A DNA stretch of 64,000 bases from Polyangiales bacterium (lineage in GTDB: Bacteria > Myxococcota_A > Polyangia > Polyangiales > Ga0077539). Shown piece by piece: positions 56,754-64,000 of the stretch. The notes beneath the pieces were generated by a model. The model had not been told where the DNA came from, made no database searches, and saw only the letters and a program-made list of their open reading frames with translations. The DNA is taken from NCBI GenBank assembly GCA_044229975.1, contig JBGARZ010000002.1, forward strand, positions 864,001 through 928,000, in the 5' to 3' direction. How positions within the stretch are numbered: position 1 is the first letter of the stretch; every line of letters starts with the position of its first letter. Both the position numbers and the translations under genes were made by a program.

Positions 56754-58216
56754 GCCGGCGTCGTCGACTCGTCGACGCGGCATCCGATGCGGGCGAGCGC
56801 GAGGCGACGACGGGCGGCGTCGGACCCGGGATCGCCGGCGATCCAGGCGACCACGGCGCCGTGATCGGTGGGCGTGATGGCGAGGTCGACGACGTCCGCG
56901 GGATCACCTGAAGGGACGCCGAGGTCGGCGAACCATCGGGTGGCCGTGCGAGGTGTCGCGCCGCCGAGAGAGACCAGCGCGCGGGGGTCGTCGCCCGCAC
57001 CGGGTCGCTCCGCGAGGACCAACGCACCAGCGGGCGTCCAGGCGACGAGCGGGTCCCACAGTGCGCCGGTGCTGCGGCTCGGACGGGGCGCGAGGGCGGG
57101 CAGCACGACGAGCTCGGCGAGGCCGCCATCGGCGCCAAGCGCGGCAGACGAACGGCGCGCGATGAGGCCCCACGGTGACACCGACGGGCCCCAGTACCCG
57201 GCGCCCGAGAGCACCCGCACCCCCGGCGGACCCATCGACCCGACGCGGGCGCCGCGGCCGGTGTCGAGGGTGATTCCGGCGCGCGTCCAGACGCCCGCGG
57301 TGGGTCCGTCGGCGATGGTCCACGCGGCCACGAGACCGGCGTCGGCGGCGGCGAGGCTGGCGCTGCTCTGACCGCGGCCGTCGTCGCGCGCGTCGCGGGT
57401 GAGCTCCAGCGGCGCCCGCACCGAACGACCGCTCCCGTCGAGGAACCACAGCACCTCTCGCCGCGCGGGCGCGAGCCCTGGGGCCGTCGCGACGGACTCG
57501 CCAAACACCGCCGCCGTGCCGCCCGACCACACGACCGGCGCCGTGTCGATGTCGAGCGAGCGCGTGCCCTCGATGGCGCGCGGCGGGAAGAACTCGCTGC
57601 CGTGCGGCCCCACGCGCGTCCACACGATGGAGCGGCCATCGGGGCGCATCTCACCGCGCTCGCTGCGCTCGTAGGAGAGCACCGCGGCGTCGTGTTCGCG
57701 CAGCACCACGGAGGCGTCCGGCGCGAAGCCGGGCGCGTCGGACACCCGCGGCGCCTCGCCCTCCCACTCCACCCACCGCGACGCCGGAAACGAGAAGCCC
57801 TGCCTCCCTCGCAGCGGTCGACCGAGGGTCACCAGCGCCACCGAGCGCGCGCCGCGGCTCGCGAGCGCGACCTGCAACGGAATCATGGTGCCGGTGTTGA
57901 GGTCCACGAGCCGCACGGGGCCGTCCATCGAGCACGAGGTCCACGGCGAGGGCAGCGCGTCGGCGTCGGCGAGCGTGGTCGACGGGGCGGGCGCTTCGGT
58001 CGGCGGCGCGACGACGCGGTCAAGCAGGAAGTCTTCGACGGCGACGTCGCCGAAGCGGGTCAGCCGCGCGCCCAGCATCTCGCCCGCCCCCAGCGCCATC
58101 GCTTCGGTCAGCGGTGTCTCGGACGGTGGGTCGGCGCGCGAAGGCGGAGCCGGTTGCGCCGAGGCCATCGACGCAGCCAGTGCGGTGGCCGCTGAGCCGA
58201 GCGCGATCCGACGCAT
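56726..58216 (-). CDS. Secreted hypothetical protein (possible beta-propeller)
   Basis: Signal peptide MRRIALGSAATALAASMASA; repeated P.VVW/VAAW/VVAW strands. Confidence 0.7.
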   Translation of the reverse strand: MRRIALGSAATALAASMASAQPAPPSRADPPSETPLTEAMALGAGEMLGARLTRFGDVAVEDFLLDRVVAPPTEAPAPSTTLADADALPSPWTSCSMDGPVRLVDLNTGTMIPLQVALASRGARSVALVTLGRPLRGRQGFSFPASRWVEWEGEAPRVSDAPGFAPDASVVLREHDAAVLSYERSERGEMRPDGRSIVWTRVGPHGSEFFPPRAIEGTRSLDIDTAPVVWSGGTAAVFGESVATAPGLAPARREVLWFLDGSGRSVRAPLELTRDARDDGRGQSSASLAAADAGLVAAWTIADGPTAGVWTRAGITLDTGRGARVGSMGPPGVRVLSGAGYWGPSVSPWGLIARRSSAALGADGGLAELVVLPALAPRPSRSTGALWDPLVAWTPAGALVLAERPGAGDDPRALVSLGGATPRTATRWFADLGVPSGDPADVVDLAITPTDHGAVVAWIAGDPGSDAARRRLALARIGCRVDESTTPAQRIGSQRP

Positions 58217-58325
58217 CGTGAGAAGAGCATTGGGCACCGTGGCAGCACCTCCGCGCAACTATCCGTCGAGGGGGCGGTGACGTTCTGCGCGGTGGGGCGG
58301 CGGGACGGCGTCTACACTGCGCGCC

Positions 58326-60245
58326 GTGACCGCACTTACCGCAGACCATGTCGCCCGGAGCCTCGGCTCTTCCCACATCCTCAAGGACGTCTCCCTCGCC
58401 ATGGACCTCGGCGAGCGCATCGGCCTCATCGGGGCCAACGGTTCTGGCAAGAGCACCCTCGCCCGCATCCTCGCCGGCATCGAGGGCCCCGACGCCGGAA
58501 CCGTCGCCCGTCGCCGGGGACTGCGCTGCATGCTGCTCCCGCAGGAGCCCGAGCTCGACCCGACGAAGACGGTGTTCGAGACGGCGGAGTCCGGGCTCTC
58601 GCACTGGCGCGACGCGACGATGCGCTACGAGGCCATCGCGCACCTCATCGAGGCGTCGGACTCCGACCGCGACGCGCTGCTCAACGAGCAGTCCGAGCTC
58701 GCGAGCCTCATCGAGACCCTCGGCGGGTGGGACCCGCGGCATCGCATCCAATCGTTTCTCGATCGGCTCGGCCTCGTGCGACCGGGCGACCTCGTGGCCA
58801 ACCTCTCGGGCGGCGAGCGGCGGCGCGTGGCCCTCGCGCGGCTGCTGGTGGCGGCGCCCGACATCGCCATCCTCGACGAGCCGACCAACCACCTCGACGC
58901 CGACACGGTCTCCTGGCTGGAAGAGTGGATCACCCGGGAATTCCGCGGCGCGATGATGATCATCACGCACGACCGCTACCTCCTCGACCGCGCCGTCACG
59001 CGCATCATGGAGCTCGACCTCGGCATGGTGCGCTCGTACCCAGGGCGGTACCGCGACTACCTCACGCTGCGCGCCGAGCGCCTCGCCCAGGAGGCCCGCG
59101 TCGAAGCCCGCCTGGTCAACACGATGCGCCGCGAGCAGGAGTGGCTCTCGCGCGGCCCGGCGGCCCGAACGACCAAGCAGCAGGCCCGCATCCAGCGCGC
59201 GCATGAGCTCTCCGAGACCATCGTGAGCAACAAGCGCGACGTGGTGAAGGTCAACCTGGAAGGTGCTGTCGCGCGCACCGGCAAGCGCATCCTGGAGATG
59301 CGGAAGGTCGGGCTCACGCTCGGCGGGCGGGAGATGTTTCGCGACTTCGAGCTGATCCTGACGCCGGGCGAGCGGGTCGGCATCGTGGGGCCCAACGGCG
59401 CGGGGAAGACCTCGCTGTTGAAGCTCATCCTCGGCGAGCTCGCGCCGAGCTCGGGCGAGGTGGTCGTCGGGCTCAACACCAAGGTCGCGTACTTCGACCA
59501 GAGCCGCGGCGCGGTCGATCTGGAGCGCTCGGTGCTCGACCACTTCACGGCCGACGCCGACCGGGTGCGCGTCGGCGACCGCTGGATCGAACCCCACGCC
59601 TGGCTCGACCGCTTCGGCTTCGACGGCGCGCGGCAGCGGCAGAAGGCGGCGATGCTGTCGGGCGGCGAGCGCGCGCGGCTGGCGCTGGCGCTGCTGCTGC
59701 GGGGCGAGGCCAACCTGATCCTGATGGACGAGCCCACCAACGACCTCGACCTGTCGACGCTCGGAGTGCTGGAGGAGTTCCTGCTCGACTGGCCGGGGAC
59801 GGCGATGGTGGTGAGCCACGACCGGTACTTCCTCGATCAGGTGGCGACGTCGATTCTTTCCTTCGAGGGCGACGGGGAGATCGTTCATGACCGCGGCGAC
59901 TGGGACGCCCATCGCGAGGCGCGCGATCAGCGACGCGAGGCCCGCAAGGCCGCCGCGCGAACGGCAGCCCGCCACAGCGACGCCCGGCGCCTCACGACGC
60001 CCGATGCGCGCGGGCCGAAGCCCCTGACTCCTCCGGAGTTGAAGGAGCTGGAGGCGCTCCCGACGAAGGTCGACGAGGCCGAGGCCGAGGTGCAGCGACT
60101 CGACGCGGTTCTCGCTGACCCGGGGTTCTACGCGAACGGCAGCGCGGTGACGGAGACCATGGCGGCGGCCGACGCGGCGCGACGCCAGGTGGAGGCGCTC
60201 ATGGCGCGCTGGGAGGCGCTGGAGGCGCGACGGCCGCCCCGCTGA
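58326..60245 (+). CDS. uup: ABC-F family ATPase (Uup-like)
   Basis: Two ABC domains (GANGSGKS, LSGGE, LDEPTNHLD; GPNGAGKT, LSGGE, MDEPTNDLD), linker EWL.RGPAARTTKQQARI, C-terminal coiled coil ending RWEALE. Confidence 0.93.
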   Translation: MTALTADHVARSLGSSHILKDVSLAMDLGERIGLIGANGSGKSTLARILAGIEGPDAGTVARRRGLRCMLLPQEPELDPTKTVFETAESGLSHWRDATMRYEAIAHLIEASDSDRDALLNEQSELASLIETLGGWDPRHRIQSFLDRLGLVRPGDLVANLSGGERRRVALARLLVAAPDIAILDEPTNHLDADTVSWLEEWITREFRGAMMIITHDRYLLDRAVTRIMELDLGMVRSYPGRYRDYLTLRAERLAQEARVEARLVNTMRREQEWLSRGPAARTTKQQARIQRAHELSETIVSNKRDVVKVNLEGAVARTGKRILEMRKVGLTLGGREMFRDFELILTPGERVGIVGPNGAGKTSLLKLILGELAPSSGEVVVGLNTKVAYFDQSRGAVDLERSVLDHFTADADRVRVGDRWIEPHAWLDRFGFDGARQRQKAAMLSGGERARLALALLLRGEANLILMDEPTNDLDLSTLGVLEEFLLDWPGTAMVVSHDRYFLDQVATSILSFEGDGEIVHDRGDWDAHREARDQRREARKAAARTAARHSDARRLTTPDARGPKPLTPPELKELEALPTKVDEAEAEVQRLDAVLADPGFYANGSAVTETMAAADAARRQVEALMARWEALEARRPPR

Positions 60246-61737
60246 CGAGACCACAGCGGGCGAGCGCCTCGGGGCGCGGAACGGCGCGGAGGATGAGCAC
60301 CTCGTGGCGGCGGGGTGGTTCGAGCTGCGCGTAGCGATCGGAGCGAAACACCTCGTACCCGGTGAAGTCCCACGCGGGCGCGAAGCGGGCGATCCACGGC
60401 GATGGCAGCACGAACCACGTCGGCCGCCGCACGCGCAGCAGGTGACAGAGGTGCGCGGTGGACCCGCGCGGGTGGTGGATGAGGGCGTGCTCGTTGAGGC
60501 CCACGAGGTCGACGATGGTGCGCCCGCCGAAGAAGCGCGAGGCGCCTGCGCCCTCGACCGCGACGACCGCATCGACGGGCGTGTGGACCGCGAGGCTGCG
60601 AGCCGGCGCGGTGTGGAAGGTCGCGATGTCCCGGCACTGGTCGGCGTGCAGTGCGCGCGCGGCCAGCACCGACGGGACCACCGCCACGACGGCGAGCAGG
60701 AGGGCCATGGCTGTGAGCCAGCGGGGCGGCGCGGAGGAGCGCTGCGCGAGGGCGTCGACGAGGTGCTGCGCGCCGAGCGCGGCGGGCCACCAGAGCAGCA
60801 TGAGGAAGGGGTAGAGGTAGCGCCGGGTGTAGAGAAGAACCGTCGGGTCCAGGGGACGGCTCGCGAGCACGCCGACGAGCGGGACGAGCGCCAGAGCCAG
60901 CCACGTCGGGGCGGCGCCGCGGACCCGTTGGAGTCCGATCGCCGCGAGGCCGAGGAGAAGCAGCGCGACGACCGCGCCGTCTTCGGTGAGCGTCGCGGCG
61001 AGGAAGGCGACGGAGCGCGCGACATCGGCTTTGCCAGCCTTCGCATAGAAGGTGTTGGGCAACGGGTGACCGGTGACGACGAGGTCGTACGCGACCCACA
61101 GCGCGACCGCGATCAACGACGGGAGGGCGACGGCGACGACGCGACGGGGTCTCGCGGCGACGGCCGCCAGGGCGACGACGGCGGCCGCGCACTCGGGCCG
61201 CGCGAGCACCGCGAGGGCGAGGAAGACACCCACGGTTCGGGGCCGATCGCGGAGCGAGGCGTCGAGCGCGAGGGAGAGCGTGAGGGCGGTGAGCGTGACC
61301 TCCATCCCGCTGGCGGCCCCGGCGCACCACCACGGGCCGAGGGGCGCGGCGAGAGAGAGCACGACCGCGACCACGGGCGATGCTCCCGCACGATGGGCGC
61401 ACCGAGCGAGCACGGCCGCGGCGACCGCCCCGAGCAGCGCCGCGATGGCCTTCACGACGAGCGCGACGGGGGCGCCCAACGCCTGGGAGACGAGCAGCCC
61501 GGCGAGCGCAAACGACAGCCACAACGGGCTGGAGAAGCCCGCCTCGGGCACCGCCGGGTTGTAGGTCGGGAGACCATCGCGCAGAAGGCCGCGCGCGTAG
61601 GCGAGATGGATCCACGCGTCGTCGAGGGGGAAGTCGGTGCGGGTGACGGGCGAGGCGCCGAGCAGCACCACCGCGACGAAGGCCAGCGCCGTGGCGACCG
61701 CAGCGCCCCAGGGGAGCAACCGCGACGAGGCGCTCAC
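60199..61737 (-). CDS. Polytopic GT-C-fold glycosyltransferase-like membrane protein
   Basis: DFPLDDAWIHLAYARGL, YNP..GFSSPLW, SGME, ARPE, PLPNTFYAK, RYLYP, VDLVGL; GTG start overlaps the upstream TGA. Confidence 0.85.
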   Translation of the reverse strand: MSASSRLLPWGAAVATALAFVAVVLLGASPVTRTDFPLDDAWIHLAYARGLLRDGLPTYNPAVPEAGFSSPLWLSFALAGLLVSQALGAPVALVVKAIAALLGAVAAAVLARCAHRAGASPVVAVVLSLAAPLGPWWCAGAASGMEVTLTALTLSLALDASLRDRPRTVGVFLALAVLARPECAAAVVALAAVAARPRRVVAVALPSLIAVALWVAYDLVVTGHPLPNTFYAKAGKADVARSVAFLAATLTEDGAVVALLLLGLAAIGLQRVRGAAPTWLALALVPLVGVLASRPLDPTVLLYTRRYLYPFLMLLWWPAALGAQHLVDALAQRSSAPPRWLTAMALLLAVVAVVPSVLAARALHADQCRDIATFHTAPARSLAVHTPVDAVVAVEGAGASRFFGGRTIVDLVGLNEHALIHHPRGSTAHLCHLLRVRRPTWFVLPSPWIARFAPAWDFTGYEVFRSDRYAQLEPPRRHEVLILRAVPRPEALARCGLVSGAAVAPPAPPSAP

Positions 61738-63284
61738 TGACACACGCCGTCGCGACAGAGGAGCAACCCGCAGCAGCCCAGGCTGCCGGTGCACGCGCCA
61801 CCCGCGGCCGCGCAACAGCGGAAGGTGCCCACGACGTCGACGCAACCACGACCGCCGGCGCAACACCCCGGAGCCGCCTCGCCCGGAACGCAGACCACCG
61901 CCTCGCCCAGCGTGCACGGCGCCACGCGACACGAGCCGCCCAGGCACACCAGTCCGCCGCAGCAGTCCGACCCGACCGCGCACGGCTCGCCGCCGACGTT
62001 GCAGCATCGACCCGACTCGCAGCGCCGGGCACCGCAGCAGCCGGTGTCGCTCGCGCACTGCGTCGCCGTCCCGCCGCAGCAGCGGTTCTGACCAGCCCGG
62101 TCGGCGCAGATGAGCCCGCCGCTGCAACACGCCACCGCGCCCGGCGTGCACGTCGCTCCCTCCGCCACGGAGCACGCGGGCGGCCGACACACGCCGCCGG
62201 TACAGGTGAGCCCGGTGCAGCAGTCCGAGGCGCTGGCGCAGGTCTCGGCGGAGGTGCGGCACACACAACGCCCGGCCGCGCAGTTGAGCCGACCGCAGCA
62301 CTCCGCCGAGCTACCGCACGCCCCTTCCGCGGCCCGACAGCACGCCCCCGCCCCGCAGGTGAGTCCGCCGCAGCACGCCGCCGCGCTGGCGCAGCTCGTC
62401 CCCACCGCCCCGCACGACGAGGCTCGCGCGCAACGGCCCGCCGCGCACGCGAGGCCAGCCACGCACGGGCTCGCCCCCGCGCAGCACGGTTGACCATCAG
62501 CGCCGCAGATCGCCGCGGCGCACGCGCCCGCCACGCAGCCCCCGCCCGCGGCGCAGGTCACGCCGCAGGCGCCGCAGTGGCGCGCGTCGACGCGGGCGTC
62601 CACGCATCCGCCCCCGCAGCATGTGAGCCCCACCGCGCACGCGGCCGACCCGGTGCAGCACGCCTGCCCGCTGCCACCACAGGTCACCGCGGGCCTCGCG
62701 CACAGCCCGCTCTCGCAGGTGAGCCCCGCCGCGCATGGCGTCCCCGCCGCGCAGCACGCCTGCGCCTCCGCGCCGCAGACGACCCTCGGACGGCACGACC
62801 CCGACTGGCACTCGAAGCCACCGCCGCACCGCGCGCCTTCGCAGCACGTCTGCCCGCTGCCGCCGCACGCGGCAACGGGCGCGCACACGTTGGCCACGCA
62901 GCGGAAGCCCGCCGCGCACAGCTCACCGGCGCAGCACGCCTGACCCGCCCCGCCGCAGGCCACCGGGACGGCGCAGCCCACATCGACGCAGACGAGTCCC
63001 TGGGCGCACCGCGCACCGTCGCAGCACGACTGGCGCGCGCTGCCGCAGCCCGGCGCGCTCACGCACAGATCGCCCACGCACGACGAGCCTTCCTCGCACG
63101 CATCGCCCGTGCAGCACACCTGGCCGACGACGCCGCACAGCGCCTGCGGATCGATGGCGCCCCGGTCGGGTCGACCCGCGTCGGAGGACCCGGGATCGCC
63201 GCTCGCGACGCGCCCCTCGGCGCACCCCAGGAGCGTCGCCAGGAGCACCAACCCGCAGCAGCGATGCGACCACCAGAACACCAT
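61734..63284 (-). CDS. Cys-rich lipoprotein with tandem knottin-like 6-Cys modules
   Basis: Lipobox LLGC; about 7 C-CC-C-C-C units, one HCGACG unit, about 8 C-C-CC-C-C units. Confidence 0.85.
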   Translation of the reverse strand: MVFWWSHRCCGLVLLATLLGCAEGRVASGDPGSSDAGRPDRGAIDPQALCGVVGQVCCTGDACEEGSSCVGDLCVSAPGCGSARQSCCDGARCAQGLVCVDVGCAVPVACGGAGQACCAGELCAAGFRCVANVCAPVAACGGSGQTCCEGARCGGGFECQSGSCRPRVVCGAEAQACCAAGTPCAAGLTCESGLCARPAVTCGGSGQACCTGSAACAVGLTCCGGGCVDARVDARHCGACGVTCAAGGGCVAGACAAAICGADGQPCCAGASPCVAGLACAAGRCARASSCGAVGTSCASAAACCGGLTCGAGACCRAAEGACGSSAECCGRLNCAAGRCVCRTSAETCASASDCCTGLTCTGGVCRPPACSVAEGATCTPGAVACCSGGLICADRAGQNRCCGGTATQCASDTGCCGARRCESGRCCNVGGEPCAVGSDCCGGLVCLGGSCRVAPCTLGEAVVCVPGEAAPGCCAGGRGCVDVVGTFRCCAAAGGACTGSLGCCGLLLCRDGVCQ

Positions 63285-63366
63285 CTTCGCCGACGTTCTG
63301 TACGCGGGTCGCGGCCCCCGGGACAACCGTCGCCGCGCGATCGCTTTGGTGTATGGTCGCGCCATC

Positions 63367-64000
63367 ATGACGTCCCCACGCCACCCTGGTCATCGTTGCC
63401 TCGTCGGCCTTTCGCTCGTCCTCGGCGCGTGCGGGTCTGGCGGCGGCTTTCACCCTCCCGCGATGTACACGGCCGAGCAGCTCAACGGCGCGGCCCGCGC
63501 CGGTCTGCCCGAACAAGACCCCGACTCTCCCACGCCCGTCGCGCGGCCCACCTACGGCCAGGGGGACGACTCGCCCGTCGTGCCTCCCGCTCCCGCCTCC
63601 GTGCGCGTCATCCACGCGTCTCCCGACCGCGCGGCGGCCTCGGTCGACCTCTACGCCGATGACCTCCCGACGCCCATCGCCACCGCGGTCGCCTACCGCT
63701 CCATCGTCGGCGCGGTGTCCGTCCCCGCGGGCGCGCACACCATCCACGTCCGTCGCGCGGGCGCGGCGGTCACCACGCCGGCAGCGTTGAGCGCGACCAC
63801 GCCCGCGCTCGAAGGGGGACAGCGCTACACGGTCATCGCGCACGGCCTCGTCGGCGGCGCGGCACCTCACGCGCTCACCATCGCGGCCGACGCGGACGCG
63901 ATGCCCACGCCCGATGCGGGCACGGCGCACGTGCGCTTCTTCCACGCCATCGTGGGCCTCGGCGCGGTCGACGTGTGCCGCCTCGCGACGCCCGCGCGCC
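63367..64000 (+). CDS. DUF4397-domain lipoprotein, 3'-truncated
   Basis: Not in the ORF track (no stop in window). MTSPRHPGHRCLVGLSLVLGAC lipobox; VRVIHASPD...VDLY and VRFFHA...VDV repeats. Confidence 0.85.
   Translation, partial: MTSPRHPGHRCLVGLSLVLGACGSGGGFHPPAMYTAEQLNGAARAGLPEQDPDSPTPVARPTYGQGDDSPVVPPAPASVRVIHASPDRAAASVDLYADDLPTPIATAVAYRSIVGAVSVPAGAHTIHVRRAGAAVTTPAALSATTPALEGGQRYTVIAHGLVGGAAPHALTIAADADAMPTPDAGTAHVRFFHAIVGLGAVDVCRLATPAR

Noticed and set aside
58020..61046. 1008-aa minus-strand ORF
   Set aside because: Antisense shadow of uup plus an off-frame reading of the GT-C gene.
60199..62301. 700-aa ORF suggesting a fusion or frameshift between the Cys-rich gene and GT-C
   Set aside because: Explained more simply by GTGA stop/start coupling at 61734-61737. 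The same holds for ORFs 3171..5192, 35882..37816 and 48252..49313.

Overview
High-GC (~70%+), gene-dense bacterial chromosomal window. Cys-rich lipoproteins, Ser/Thr kinases, an FHA-AAA+ regulator and an MshEN/HEAT protein suggest Myxococcota (inference). About 48 CDSs, including housekeeping genes (tex, mepA, cinA/pncC, tldD-pmbA, rsmE-prmA, uup) and many secreted or surface proteins. No tRNA, rRNA, CRISPR array or transposase was recognised. Most notable: (1) a cobalamin riboswitch ahead of two translationally coupled surface lipoproteins resembling Bacteroidetes-type B12-capture proteins, with no btuB/btuCDF in the window; (2) a ~159-bp palindromic element apparently inserted in frame inside a GT-C-like membrane gene; (3) a lipoprotein fusing a Cys-less thioredoxin-like domain (WSGPS) to a MauG/MbnH-like di-haem enzyme; (4) an IMPase/ADP-ribosylglycohydrolase fusion coupled to an MFS transporter; (5) an M48 peptidase-dynamin-GT-C operon; (6) Asp-periodic stalks shared by about ten exported proteins, three GT-C-like genes and a poly-knottin-like lipoprotein, together a candidate surface-display/glycosylation system; (7) several apparent pseudo-enzymes. 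Families were assigned by eye from motifs, no searches were run, and start codons are best estimates.
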